In this document: piece after piece, positions 8,177-17,971 of the stretch
How positions within the stretch are numbered: the first letter of the stretch is position 1
How the letters are laid out: every line of letters begins with the position of its first letter
Source: an uncultured virus (IMG/VR IMGVR_UViG_3300021256_000068)
Taxonomy: Duplodnaviria; Heunggongvirae; Uroviricota; Caudoviricetes
Strand: one strand, 5' to 3'
IMG/VR virus record: IMGVR_UViG_3300021256_000068
DNA: 64,000 nt
The notes under the pieces: model-generated
Seen by the model: the letters and a program-made list of their open reading frames with translations, nothing else
Database searches by the model: none
What the model was told of the DNA's origin: nothing
Position numbers and translations under genes: made by a program

Positions 8177-8663
8177 TGAACAAACAAAATTATGCACATT
8201 AGAAGAATATTTGCGTTTCTATACCTTACTTGGTTGGGATGAAGAACATATTGTTGAATTATACATTAAAGAAAAAGGTTTAGAAATACAATATTCTAAT
8301 ATGCTTATGAGATTAATGCAAAATGCTTTATATAAAGAGCAATATAAAAATTCAAAAGCAAAAGAAGTTATACAATGTTACAATAACTGTTGCGGCGCAA
8401 TTCATAATACTGAGTGGACTCAAGAACAAAATAGCCTTTGGGATAAATGGCTTATTGAATATGCTTTAAATTTTGAATTGAGTGATAGCACTAAAAAACA
8501 AGTGCAAAAATTAGTACCAAATATGACAATGCCTAGATTTGGTTTTAGAGGACTATTGGCATATATTAATAAAGAATGTAATGTGTTTTTTAAAGACCAA
8601 ACGGAAGCTGATGATTTTGATTTATTAGAAATTCCAAAAGTAAATTTTATGACAAGGTGGTAG
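8169..8663 (+). CDS. Hypothetical protein
   Basis: Likely start MANEQ, overlapping the upstream stop. Confidence 0.7.
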   Translation: MANEQTKLCTLEEYLRFYTLLGWDEEHIVELYIKEKGLEIQYSNMLMRLMQNALYKEQYKNSKAKEVIQCYNNCCGAIHNTEWTQEQNSLWDKWLIEYALNFELSDSTKKQVQKLVPNMTMPRFGFRGLLAYINKECNVFFKDQTEADDFDLLEIPKVNFMTRW

Positions 8664-8679
8664 TAATGCCGCCTTAAAT

Positions 8680-8753
8680 GGGAGTTTAGTATAACGGTAT
8701 TATAGCGGTCTCCAAAACCGAAGATGTGGGTTCAATTCCTTCAACTCCTGCCA
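8680..8753 (+). tRNA. tRNA-Trp(CCA)
   Basis: GGGAGTT/AACTCCT-GCCA, CGGT-CT CCA AA-ACCG. Confidence 0.9.
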
Positions 8754-8773
8754 AAAAAGAAAGGACAATAAAA

Positions 8774-9070
8774 ATGAAAAGGATTATAGCGTATATTATT
8801 TTAGGAGTTGTGGTAATTGGTTTACTTGTATTGAATATATGGTTTAGTACTTATTGTTATAATTTAAATTATAATATGTGGTTAAATGAATTTAATACAC
8901 AAATGAGTGCATTTGGATTTTATAAAGAAGATGTACACATGCTTAATCAAATGAATGATGAAATTAAATTAGCTTGGTGTTTAGTTGCTAATGTTTTAAA
9001 TTATATTTTTATACTAATTGGTGGAGCTATTGCAGGATTTGCTATTTATGATTTTTTTGACTGGTGTTAG
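8774..9070 (+). CDS. Membrane protein, 2 predicted TM helices
   Basis: Start MKRIIAY with AAGGA SD; hydrophobic N- and C-terminal segments. Confidence 0.75.
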   Translation: MKRIIAYIILGVVVIGLLVLNIWFSTYCYNLNYNMWLNEFNTQMSAFGFYKEDVHMLNQMNDEIKLAWCLVANVLNYIFILIGGAIAGFAIYDFFDWC

Positions 9071-9099
9071 TAAATTCGATATTAATAATTATGAAAGTG

Positions 9100-9131
9100 G
9101 AGAAGAAATTATTGATTTTCTTCTCTTTTTT
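9100..9131 (+). terminator. Intrinsic terminator
   Basis: GAGAAGAAA/TTTCTTCTC plus T-run. Confidence 0.6.
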
Positions 9132-9132
9132 A

Positions 9133-9161
9133 TTGACAAAATGTGAAATTTGACTTATAAT
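9133..9161 (+). promoter_or_regulatory. Sigma-A-type promoter for the small-gene operon
   Basis: TTGACA-17 nt-TATAAT. Confidence 0.85.
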
Positions 9162-9201
9162 AATAATGTAAATAAAGATAAGGAAAGTAGGTATTAACAA
9201 T

Positions 9202-9657
9202 ATGTTAGAAAAAGAGATATTAGAAAATATTAAGGAAGACGATGTAATAATTTCTAAAAATCGTACATATCCAGGTGAGGAGTTTGTTTATGCAATAAAT
9301 AGAGTAATAGGAACTAGGGCTAATGAACGCAACTGTAATTCTATTACACAAGATTCAGTTCAAGTTGCAAGAGGCGGTCTAATTGAGTATAGTAAAATAG
9401 TTAAAGTATGTGACCCTAATAGCAACATATATTTATTATTTTCATATTTAGAAAATCTAGAATTTGAACTTAAGAGAGCAAAAGAATTAAAAAATGAATA
9501 TTCTGATAAAACATTGATTTCTATTTCACCTAGAGATGATTTTAATAATAGAATTTTAGATGAAGCCTTAGGTGATTATATTGCATCTCACGATGAATTA
9601 ATTAATAGTGTTAAACATAAAATAGTTAGAGAATTAAATCTTTTAAAGAAGCAATAG
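9202..9657 (+). CDS. Hypothetical protein
   Basis: 151-aa ORF with SD. Confidence 0.75.
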   Translation: MLEKEILENIKEDDVIISKNRTYPGEEFVYAINRVIGTRANERNCNSITQDSVQVARGGLIEYSKIVKVCDPNSNIYLLFSYLENLEFELKRAKELKNEYSDKTLISISPRDDFNNRILDEALGDYIASHDELINSVKHKIVRELNLLKKQ

Positions 9658-9687
9658 TTGTATAGATATGGAAAGTAGGTAGCAATT

Positions 9688-9921
9688 ATGAAAAAGAATA
9701 ATGGAATAATTCAAATTGGTGATTACGTAAGTTTTATATATCAAGATGATGAAGTGCTGTATAAAGTTTTAGATATACAAAAGGAAAATGATGAGACATA
9801 TATAAAATATTATGATGCAGGAAAAGAAGATTATTTTATTGAGCCGATAAGATTCGTTGATACAGTATTTACTGTAACTAAAAAAGAAACTATTGGTAGT
9901 TGGACAGAATTAATGAAATAA
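9688..9921 (+). CDS. Hypothetical protein
   Basis: 77-aa ORF; upstream GGAAAGTAGG also precedes the previous gene. Confidence 0.7.
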   Translation: MKKNNGIIQIGDYVSFIYQDDEVLYKVLDIQKENDETYIKYYDAGKEDYFIEPIRFVDTVFTVTKKETIGSWTELMK

Positions 9922-9934
9922 AAGGAGAAGTAAT

Positions 9935-10144
9935 ATGAATAATTTGTGGTTAGAATTTTTAGTAGATAAATTTGTAACGGAAGAAACTAAATTACGTTGT
10001 TGCGGCTCTTGTCAGGGCGGATGTCTTAATCCCGCAATTTGTGCTTTTGTTTGTTGTGGTATTCCAGTAGAGAAATTAAATGAATATTACAATAAAAATA
10101 AAGATAGATTAAGACAAGAATTTGACGCAAAGAATGATTTATAG
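9935..10144 (+). CDS. Cys-rich hypothetical protein
   Basis: CCGSCQGGC...CAFVCC; AAGGAG SD. Confidence 0.7.
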   Translation: MNNLWLEFLVDKFVTEETKLRCCGSCQGGCLNPAICAFVCCGIPVEKLNEYYNKNKDRLRQEFDAKNDL

Positions 10145-10154
10145 GAGGAACAGT

Positions 10155-10511
10155 ATGACAATTATAGATTGGAACAGTCCTGAAGTGTTAAATATGTTAA
10201 AAGAGGCAGCAGAAGAAATTCAAAGAGCAGAAGAACAGGAAGAAGCTCTTAGTAATATTGTATTTAAGGTAATGTGTAAGTATGGATATCTTGAGGATTC
10301 AGGAGATGATTTCACAAAGTATGAAGGAGATTGTGAATTAGTTGTTCAATTCGATTCAGACTATAAAATGTGCGATCATTTCGTATGTCCTCCTCGTATT
10401 TTTTCAAGTGAAGATATGCGAGATGTTGAGTCCGCTTTTAACACATTACAAGAAGATGTAAAAAATATCTCATTAGAAATAGAAGAGGAGAAAAAGAAAT
10501 GTCAGATTTAA
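10155..10511 (+). CDS. Hypothetical protein
   Basis: AGGAGG SD, start MTIID. Confidence 0.75.
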   Translation: MTIIDWNSPEVLNMLKEAAEEIQRAEEQEEALSNIVFKVMCKYGYLEDSGDDFTKYEGDCELVVQFDSDYKMCDHFVCPPRIFSSEDMRDVESAFNTLQEDVKNISLEIEEEKKKCQI

Positions 10512-10771
10512 CATTTGATTTTGAAGATAAATTAATTAAGTTTATTGAAGAGAATTGCGGCTACAATTTTAATATTGAAATCAAGAAAGACGCATCTGGA
10601 GTACATATCAATAGAGCAGTAGATAAAGATGTAATTTTTAAAGAATTAGAAAACATAGATTGCTGTTTATGTGATATGAGTGGCTACGAAAGAGAACATG
10701 AACAAGTTGAACTTGAAGATGAAATAGATGATAGCTGCGACAATATTAGAGATGCATTAAAAGGAGAATAG
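10499..10771 (+). CDS. Hypothetical protein
   Basis: 90-aa acidic ORF, GAGGAG SD. Confidence 0.7.
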   Translation: MSDLTFDFEDKLIKFIEENCGYNFNIEIKKDASGVHINRAVDKDVIFKELENIDCCLCDMSGYEREHEQVELEDEIDDSCDNIRDALKGE

Positions 10772-10773
10772 TT

Positions 10774-10965
10774 ATGTATATATTCGCTTGGATTTTATTT
10801 GGATTATTTATCGTTAGTTTTACTTTTAGAACTAGCGTAGTTATTGGAAAATGTATTGCAATTAATGATGGTAGGAATGTAACAGTTAATATCAATATAT
10901 ACAGAGTATTATTATTAGATATTCCTACTTTTGTATTCATTTGTATTTATTTATTTGTGAGGTAA
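10774..10965 (+). CDS. Small membrane protein
   Basis: Two hydrophobic segments; AAGGAG SD. Confidence 0.65.
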   Translation: MYIFAWILFGLFIVSFTFRTSVVIGKCIAINDGRNVTVNINIYRVLLLDIPTFVFICIYLFVR

Positions 10966-10967
10966 TT

Positions 10968-11222
10968 ATGGGTAAGATTTATGCAATTAAATTATGGTAT
11001 GATGGTGATAGTAGAATTGTTCACCGTTTCTTATATAAAGAAAATAGAGATATGAAATTTAATGAAATAGTTGAACGTGAAAAAGAATTGGCTCAACAAG
11101 GAAAAGTTATAAAATTAAAAATCAAGGATAATGAAATTAGTGGTAGAGATATACCATCTGGTTATAGTCCTGATAATTTGGATTGGACTTTTTATAAAGT
11201 TGATTTGGATTTAGACGATTAA
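10968..11222 (+). CDS. Hypothetical protein
   Basis: GAGGT SD, start MGKIY. Confidence 0.7.
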   Translation: MGKIYAIKLWYDGDSRIVHRFLYKENRDMKFNEIVEREKELAQQGKVIKLKIKDNEISGRDIPSGYSPDNLDWTFYKVDLDLDD

Positions 11223-11231
11223 GGAGTTTTT

Positions 11232-11636
11232 ATGGATTTAGAAAAAGCATATAATAAAATAGACAACCTTTGTTGTATTAATTCAATACGAGATGGTTAT
11301 TTTGATGCATATAAAGAAACACAAGATGATGACTTTTGCAAAGATGTACCTGAAATGATTGAAGCTTTAGAAACTATTAAAACAGTTGTTGATTTGCAAA
11401 AAGAAATTGGTTGTCCGTTAGAAATTAGAGAACGCGCATTAAAACAATGTGAATTTGAAGGTCTTTATTTTGAAACAACAGATACTGATGGTTTTGAAAG
11501 AGTTGGAGTTTATAAATGCTGTTTAGGCTATGATGCATTTAATAATAAATTTTATTGGAACTGCGGCTGGAATGCAGAAACTTGGCTAAATTGCTACAAG
11601 AAAACTTGGTGGCTTAGACCAGATAGGAGCGAATAA
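11232..11636 (+). CDS. Hypothetical phage protein
   Basis: AAGGAG SD; ends YKKTWWL..DRSE. Confidence 0.75.
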   Translation: MDLEKAYNKIDNLCCINSIRDGYFDAYKETQDDDFCKDVPEMIEALETIKTVVDLQKEIGCPLEIRERALKQCEFEGLYFETTDTDGFERVGVYKCCLGYDAFNNKFYWNCGWNAETWLNCYKKTWWLRPDRSE

Positions 11637-11637
11637 A

Positions 11638-11874
11638 ATGATTAAGATTATAAGAGAAGGTTATGATGAACCTAAAACTATAAATATTTATACTATTAAG
11701 TGTAGCACTTGTGGTTGTGTATTTGAAGCTTCTGGTGATGATTTTGAATGGAGAAATAGAGGCATTGATCCTATTGGTGGAATTAATTGCCCTCATTGTA
11801 AAAGGGAAATTGTAGTTAATCAATATACTCCAGTACGTAGAGAAATTGTCGACGACAAGGGTAGAAGTGAGTAA
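11638..11874 (+). CDS. Zn-ribbon protein
   Basis: CSTCGC...CPHC. Confidence 0.75.
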   Translation: MIKIIREGYDEPKTINIYTIKCSTCGCVFEASGDDFEWRNRGIDPIGGINCPHCKREIVVNQYTPVRREIVDDKGRSE

Positions 11875-11876
11875 GT

Positions 11877-12116
11877 ATGATAGTTAATATTGGAGATATT
11901 GTTTATCTTCAGAAGTATGATTTCTCTAATAGTGAAGAAGAATTTAAATACCTTCCATCTGAAGTTTATGCTATAAAAAAAAGAGATGGTAGAGTTTATG
12001 TCTATACAAAGTATGTTAATAACGGCTTGTCTTTTAAGATGTTAGAGAACGACATTTACACTATCAATAATAAAAAATATATTAATATGAGAAGTTATGA
12101 AAGTGCCGTTATTTAG
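11877..12116 (+). CDS. Hypothetical protein
   Basis: 79-aa ORF in a tightly packed operon. Confidence 0.65.
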   Translation: MIVNIGDIVYLQKYDFSNSEEEFKYLPSEVYAIKKRDGRVYVYTKYVNNGLSFKMLENDIYTINNKKYINMRSYESAVI

Positions 12117-12127
12117 AGGAGGATTTT

Positions 12128-12541
12128 ATGAGTAAAGAAGAATATGTAGGCGGAAGAATGGACGGTAAAGACATTATCAATTTACAGCACAGTATTGAGC
12201 AATGTAATGATGAACCAATACTTTATGTCAGTAAAAAATTCGGTAATAAGTACATTGTGCCGCAAAATAAGTATGTGAAGCCTGAAGATTATATCAAGTT
12301 ACAAAATAAATGTCAAGAGCAAGAAAAAATATTAGATATATTAAAATCTAATATATGTGATTGTAATGTTGCATTTGGAACCCCATTTGATGGCGAGGAT
12401 AGGGTAAGTTTTACTGTAAATATATGCAGGCTTAAGAATTATACAAATGAAAATACTGGTGAGAAACAGTATGTGATATTCCAAGATAATAATTTTGATT
12501 TAATTTTACAATGGCTACGAGATACATTAATTAAATGGTAG
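12128..12541 (+). CDS. Hypothetical protein
   Basis: AGGAGG SD. Confidence 0.75.
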   Translation: MSKEEYVGGRMDGKDIINLQHSIEQCNDEPILYVSKKFGNKYIVPQNKYVKPEDYIKLQNKCQEQEKILDILKSNICDCNVAFGTPFDGEDRVSFTVNICRLKNYTNENTGEKQYVIFQDNNFDLILQWLRDTLIKW

Positions 12542-12549
12542 GTGTTAAA

Positions 12550-12723
12550 ATGAAGAAAATAGAAATTCATAAAGGAGATAAATTATTATTAGTAACAGTT
12601 GTTACTGATTATGAAATTAATACATATGTAAATTCATTCGATATTATATGTAAAAATGAGGACATTGAAATCACATACAATATTCCTTTAAATAAAGGTT
12701 ATAAAATAGTAGCTGATGTTTAA
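12550..12723 (+). CDS. Hypothetical protein
   Basis: AGGTG SD, start MKKIE. Confidence 0.6.
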   Translation: MKKIEIHKGDKLLLVTVVTDYEINTYVNSFDIICKNEDIEITYNIPLNKGYKIVADV

Positions 12724-12729
12724 AAAGGA

Positions 12730-13017
12730 GTGAATGAAATGGAATATTTAGATTTATTAGATTTTATACAAGATGAAAAAAGATATGAAATAGACAAACA
12801 ATACAGTAATGCAATAGATACAATTAGAACACTATTTATACAAACATCTAAATCTTTAGTATTAAGTAAAAAGTATAATGTACGAGTATTTCATTCAAAT
12901 ATGTTAGATGAAGTGCATGAGTTTGAGACGTTACAAGCAGCACGTGATTACGCGGCAAAACAGAAGGATTTTTGCTTAATATCAATGGCTATTGAAGAAT
13001 GGTTCGGTGAAGATTAA
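12730..13017 (+). CDS. Hypothetical protein
   Basis: AAGGAG SD; exact start uncertain. Confidence 0.7.
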   Translation: MNEMEYLDLLDFIQDEKRYEIDKQYSNAIDTIRTLFIQTSKSLVLSKKYNVRVFHSNMLDEVHEFETLQAARDYAAKQKDFCLISMAIEEWFGED

Positions 13018-13322
13018 TGGGAGCTGGAACAATGAATGCGGCTTGGGCTGCAGCAAGACAAAGTAATGGAAAAGATTGGGCGGAAGGCTTTGGCTCTAAT
13101 TCAGACCAAAAATCAATTAATAGAAACACTCAATATTTATATAGAGTGAACATTGAACGTATTGTACGAGATAAGCTTCTTCCTTATAGTGATGAAAAAT
13201 TATCAAATAAAGGTCAAGTATACTCTATTGATATTGAAGTAAAAACAAAAGAAGAGTTATTAGATAAAGAAAAACTAATTGAAGGATTAGAAAGAATGCT
13301 TGAAAGTTTAAAGGAGGCATAA
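13017..13322 (+). CDS. Hypothetical protein
   Basis: TAATG stop/start coupling. Confidence 0.7.
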   Translation: MGAGTMNAAWAAARQSNGKDWAEGFGSNSDQKSINRNTQYLYRVNIERIVRDKLLPYSDEKLSNKGQVYSIDIEVKTKEELLDKEKLIEGLERMLESLKEA

Positions 13323-13323
13323 G

Positions 13324-13575
13324 ATGAGAAATAAAAATATAGAAGATGTTTTTACTTTTTCATTAATGATATTTATATTAATCTGTATAATGTTTGCTAT
13401 GTTTTTTATTGTAGCATTAGGTGTAGGAATTTTATCATTTCCATTGATACTTAGTGTAACTCAAAATAATTGGTATTTTATGCTATTGTATATAGTTGCA
13501 ATACCAATGTTCTTTGTTTATATTGGCGGCATTAATCTTATGCGTATGGAAATGAATTTTGAAAGTGAGGAATAA
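13324..13575 (+). CDS. Small membrane protein
   Basis: Long hydrophobic segments; AGGAGG SD. Confidence 0.7.
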   Translation: MRNKNIEDVFTFSLMIFILICIMFAMFFIVALGVGILSFPLILSVTQNNWYFMLLYIVAIPMFFVYIGGINLMRMEMNFESEE

Positions 13576-13580
13576 AAAAT

Positions 13581-14216
13581 ATGCCATATTATTATGAAAA
13601 CCATATGGGTGGTTGGTATACATCTGAAGAGGAATTAGATCATGATAGTTTATATTGTGAAACTTGCGGAGAAAGCGATTGGCCTTTAGGTTGGTATGAA
13701 GACGACGATGATTTTGCAAAGAATTCTGGTTATTATAATGACTATGAAGATTATGAAGCGGAATTAAAAGAACAAGAGAAAGAAAAAGAAAGATACGAAC
13801 AAATGACTACATATCCTGATGTACCTAAGGAAATTGTAGACATCAATAAGTATGGTCTAACTTTAAAAAATATTAAAACTTTAAAAGTTAATCGTGAACT
13901 TGTAAATGAACAAAACGGCTTTTGGCGTAATGAAGCAATGAAAGGTTGGTGTTTATCTGGCGCAGTTGGAGTTGATGACTATCCAATTTGTGATGCTACT
14001 GAATATTGGTTAGGTGTTTATGACAAGCCTAAAAAAGATGGAAGTGCAAAAATAGAATGCAACTTTTCTTGTTGGAGTGGTATGGGTACTTATAAGTTTG
14101 ATAAATTCTTCGATGAAAAAGATATTGAAAATCGTGATGAATACGCAATTCAATATCGTTTTATTGCCAGAATGAATGATTTAATTGAAAAAGGTGTTTT
14201 TGAAATTACTTGGTAA
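13581..14216 (+). CDS. Hypothetical protein with N-terminal CxxC motif
   Basis: 211 aa; YCETCGESDW. Confidence 0.8.
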   Translation: MPYYYENHMGGWYTSEEELDHDSLYCETCGESDWPLGWYEDDDDFAKNSGYYNDYEDYEAELKEQEKEKERYEQMTTYPDVPKEIVDINKYGLTLKNIKTLKVNRELVNEQNGFWRNEAMKGWCLSGAVGVDDYPICDATEYWLGVYDKPKKDGSAKIECNFSCWSGMGTYKFDKFFDEKDIENRDEYAIQYRFIARMNDLIEKGVFEITW

Positions 14217-14240
14217 ATGATAAATTTACCTTGTTTTTTC

Positions 14241-14269
14241 TTGACAAAAGGTAAAAAATATAATATAAT
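14241..14269 (+). promoter_or_regulatory. Sigma-A-type promoter
   Basis: TTGACA-17 nt-TATAAT. Confidence 0.8.
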
Positions 14270-14293
14270 ATTAATGTAGAAAGAAGTGATAAA

Positions 14294-14536
14294 ATGTTAA
14301 TTGAAATTAAACCAATAGATAAAGATATGGAAGAAGTATTAATGCAAGTGCAAGGAAGTAAAAAACAGGCAAATGGAAATTATATCTTAGATGTGATTGA
14401 CGAAAAGGCTGCGCTATTCATTGCCAAAGTATTGTATATTCCTAATGATATAGATAAATTAGAATATCGTCAAGAGGAAAGAAAAATCTATTATTACGAT
14501 AATGACTATAAATGTTTTATCACAATGATTGAGTAA
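14294..14536 (+). CDS. Hypothetical protein
   Basis: 80-aa ORF after a promoter. Confidence 0.7.
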   Translation: MLIEIKPIDKDMEEVLMQVQGSKKQANGNYILDVIDEKAALFIAKVLYIPNDIDKLEYRQEERKIYYYDNDYKCFITMIE

Positions 14537-14549
14537 AGAAGGTGAAAAT

Positions 14550-14813
14550 ATGAGAAATTTAGAAGTTGTAGTTCCTGCAGAAGCAGAAGCAATTAGAGTT
14601 AGTTTCGTTGCGCATTTAGTTTCAACAGCATCTCGTTTCGTTTCTGATATTACTATTAAAGATACAAGAAACAATATTGATTTAAAGTCAATTATGGGTA
14701 TGATGACATTAGTTTTTAACGCAGGTAAAGTATTTACTATTACAATTGATGGTAAAGACGAAGATATCGCCGCAGAGGCAATTTCAAATTTATTCCTTGA
14801 TAGAGGTATTTAA
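14550..14813 (+). CDS. HPr-family protein lacking the His15 phospho-acceptor
   Basis: LVSTASRFVSDITI, IDLKSIMGMMTL (Ser46 motif), IDGKDEDIA; GIHARPA region replaced by AIRVSFV. Confidence 0.8.
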   Translation: MRNLEVVVPAEAEAIRVSFVAHLVSTASRFVSDITIKDTRNNIDLKSIMGMMTLVFNAGKVFTITIDGKDEDIAAEAISNLFLDRGI

Positions 14814-14814
14814 T

Positions 14815-15060
14815 ATGACAGAAGACATTGAATTAGTTAATTTAAAATTAAGAGTTTGTAAGTTAAAAATTGTAGATTTTTTCATTTATCTTGCTATTGC
14901 TATAACATTATGTTTAGCTATTATTTTTAAATGGGAAATGTGTCGTTATATTGTTTGTATGATATTGGCATTTGTTGCAATTCTCGATTTGATGATAGAA
15001 AATTTAATATATAAAGATTTTATCTTCTTTCGCACAGAGGAAAATAATGAGAAACAGTAA
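14815..15060 (+). CDS. Small membrane protein
   Basis: GAGGT SD, two hydrophobic helices. Confidence 0.65.
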   Translation: MTEDIELVNLKLRVCKLKIVDFFIYLAIAITLCLAIIFKWEMCRYIVCMILAFVAILDLMIENLIYKDFIFFRTEENNEKQ

Positions 15061-15217
15061 GAGATTTAATAAAAGAGTGTCTAAAAAACACGTTAATCAA
15101 ATATCTTCATATAAGAGTTACGAAAGCCCGCTTCCTGAGTTTGTGTATTTTCTTTTGCTTGTAGGAATAGTCGCGGCGCTAATCGCTCTTATAGTCTATT
15201 GTAATTCATTAAAATAG
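15047..15217 (+). CDS. Small basic protein with C-terminal TM helix (56 aa)
   Basis: GAGG SD; MRNSKRFNKR...FVYFLLLVGIVAALIALIVYC. Confidence 0.55.
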   Translation: MRNSKRFNKRVSKKHVNQISSYKSYESPLPEFVYFLLLVGIVAALIALIVYCNSLK

Positions 15218-15336
15218 TAAGGAGTGGTGTAATTGTTTTGTTCATTAACAACCACTTCAGCTATATATACATACATAATTGTAGGCTTAATAGTGGTTGG
15301 TATTATCTGCACTATTAGTTTTATGAAAAAGTAAAA

Positions 15337-15365
15337 TTGACAATTAAATAGAAAAATGCTATACT
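15337..15365 (+). promoter_or_regulatory. Sigma-A-type promoter
   Basis: TTGACA-17 nt-TATACT with TGn extension. Confidence 0.75.
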
Positions 15366-15371
15366 AATAAT

Positions 15372-15527
15372 GCAGTGATAGAGTGATTTGTGAGTCGTGG
15401 TAGACTTAAGCAACTTAGGCTCGCGGTGAAATCATCGAAAGTCGGGGGAGACTACTGATGCGTTTCTAACTAAGGCGCAGGGGTGTAACGCTGCCGCTAT
15501 GTTTCGTCCTCAAGCAGACGACACTGT
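15372..15527 (+). ncRNA. ~155-nt multibranch small RNA, unassigned
   Basis: Ends pair (GCAGTG/CACTGT); internal stems TGATTT/AAATCA, AGTC/GACT, TGCGTTT/AAGGCGCA, TCGTC/GACGA; bracketed by a promoter and a terminator. Confidence 0.65.
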
Positions 15528-15552
15528 AGGGACTTTGTCCCTTTATTTTTTT
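15528..15552 (+). terminator. Intrinsic terminator
   Basis: AGGGAC-TTT-GTCCCT plus T-run. Confidence 0.7.
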
Positions 15553-15565
15553 AAGGGGTGATATA

Positions 15566-17320
15566 ATGGGTAGAAAAGTATATAAGGCAAGAACCGATTA
15601 TTTCGAAATACCCGAACAAGGAGCAAGTGCTGGATATATTTATTTAATGTATACCGATAAAGCAAAAAGTAATTTATGTTATGTTGGTCAATCTACAGCT
15701 AATGGTATTAGTCGTTTAAAAGACCATTTTACTAATACGTATACGGAATCAGGTAGTTCGAAAGACCCATCAACTCAAATAATAAGACAATGACCACTAA
15801 AGTTTATTAATTTTGATTGCTATTTTAGTAAGGGCGGTCGATATTATGGCTTTTCTAGAGAAGTCTATGTTGAATTTTTTAGTAAATTTAGAAAGAAAGG
15901 TGGGGCGAGAATCGATCCAAAAGATTCAGCTACTGCTATTAAACAAAGTGGTAGCTTAATAAAAATAAAATTGGAGTATCTAAAAAATGACGATGGCTCT
16001 GATTATTACGTTACCGTAGGAGACCTTTTAAACGTAGCTGAAATTTTATGAGCTTGCAAAATGAAATTGCTTGGTTATCAAATGACAAATAACGATATGG
16101 GTGGTCAACAAATAGTTTGAGAATATCAAGACTTAAATGGTCAATGAATTCCTATTACGGCTAATGTAACAACTATTGACCAGTTTATTAAAATCATTTT
16201 GTCTACTAATTTAAGCGAGATTGATAAACAGATGCTTTTATCAGTAAAAAATAAAATTGACCCCTTATTAGAAAAAATGCTAGATGAAAATTTAGCAGAT
16301 ATATTAACTTATGCTATAATTGACACAATAAAAAATTGTAAAAATCTAATGTCAAAAGAGTCATCTATTTATTTAAGAGACGTAGTAAAAAACGTTATTG
16401 TTGAAATGTTTTCTGGAGGACGTAAAAAACGACTAAAAGAACTTAGCGGTAAGACTATGCAAGCATTTGAAAAATTTAAACAAGACCTAAATGCAGTATT
16501 AACTCCAGATGAAAAAATGTACGTAGGACTTATTGATATAGAAGAACAAATTGCTATAGAACAACCTATTATAGAGGATTTTATGAATAGTTTAATTTCA
16601 GACATTGCTGGTAAATTAACAACAAGCTTTTTACAGTTAAAGAAAAATTTAACAAAAGTATCTGAATTAGATTGGAAATTTTATATAAAAGACCATTTAA
16701 TATCTGTTAAAGGAAAAAATGGAGTAAATAAAGAAAGCGATATTAGAAAATCTTTCACTGCCTCAATTGAACAATATTTAAGACTTCCAACAGTGCAAAA
16801 TCTTTCAAATACAGGAACTTTATTGAGTGGAGATTTTCCAATTCCAGATGCTAAAATAACTGATGAAGAAAAATGAAATTGGACTGTAGAAAGATTTGAT
16901 ATAATCATGCGAAGAGTTATTGATAGCAATAAAAGTTTAATAGGTTTAGCATCAGCACCTGATGCCGCATCTCATTTCTTTCTTTATGATGATGAACACG
17001 CGCTATTAAGTTCTACCAAAGTAAAAACATCAACAGACACTTTAAGTTATCAAGTGAGAAAAGAATACTTTAAATGATTATCTCCTATGAATAGAATTTT
17101 AACTGAATGACGAGATTTCTTTTCTACTCTTTATGCTTTAGGAGATGCTAGATGGGATACTGAAGAAACAAGCGATGGTCAGATAGCAATATTAAAAGAA
17201 AGTTATAAAGTTGAGGGAGTATCAGAAGACCCTGTAAAAATTGGTTTTTTCTTAAAAGAGCCAGGTACTTTCTTTACACATACAGATAAAAATATGAGTG
17301 TTAAAACAGTAACATTCTAA
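15566..17320 (+). CDS. 584-aa protein with N-terminal GIY-YIG nuclease domain (TGA=Trp, 7 in-frame TGA)
   Basis: GYIYLMY...YVGQST...RLKDH...AEIL(W)...TNNDMGG; single frame with no TAA/TAG until 17318. Confidence 0.75.
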
Positions 17321-17344
17321 TATTTTAGAAAGGAAATTAATTAA

Positions 17345-17860
17345 ATGATTAAATTATTATGGAAAAGATTGAATAGTGAAGCTACTATTCCTACAAAGAG
17401 AGATGAAGATATCGGTTATGATATTTATGGAGTTTACAAGGAAGGTATTGATTTAGAAATACCACCACATCACACACAAATGATTCCTACTGGTTTAGTG
17501 GTAGCAATTTGTAATGAGGATAACACACTAAACTTCAATTATGGTTTAATTGCTAAAGACCGCGGCAGTACAGGTAGTGTAGGATTGCACACATATTGCG
17601 GCGTTATCGATGCTGGATATAGAGGAGAAATCTTTATTGCAATTCACAACTCTAACGAGTATCCTGTATATATTACCGATAGATTAAATAAAGTTTACGT
17701 TACTGATGATGCTTTATTTTATCCAAAGACAAAAGCCATTACACAGTTAATGGTAGTTGAAAATATAAAGACGAAATCAATTGAGGTTGATGAAGCAACT
17801 TTCGCCGCGCTAGCTAACACAGAGCGTGGAACTGGTAAGTTAGGTTCAAGTCAGAAATAG
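17345..17860 (+). CDS. dut: Trimeric dUTPase
   Basis: GYDIY, IPTG, RGSTG, GVIDAGYRGE, ERGTGKLGSS. Confidence 0.95.
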   Translation: MIKLLWKRLNSEATIPTKRDEDIGYDIYGVYKEGIDLEIPPHHTQMIPTGLVVAICNEDNTLNFNYGLIAKDRGSTGSVGLHTYCGVIDAGYRGEIFIAIHNSNEYPVYITDRLNKVYVTDDALFYPKTKAITQLMVVENIKTKSIEVDEATFAALANTERGTGKLGSSQK

Positions 17861-17925
17861 TCAGGAACGTGGCGTTGAATTTGAGATGCAGCGCATAAAC
17901 TTTCGCATAAAATTCTAAAACTTTC

Positions 17926-17954
17926 TTGACTTTTGCAGGAAAAAATAGTATAAT
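17926..17954 (+). promoter_or_regulatory. Sigma-A-type promoter
   Basis: TTGACT-17 nt-TATAAT. Confidence 0.7.
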
Positions 17955-17971
17955 ATATATGTATTAAGGAA

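Noticed and set aside
8726..8773. ORF start inside tRNA-Trp
   Set aside because: It overlaps the tRNA T-arm; a better SD-supported start is at 8774
15433..15470. Hammerhead ribozyme (GAAA-GTC...GAC-TA-CTGATG)
   Set aside because: There is no stem I, and the core reads CTGATGC rather than CTGANGA
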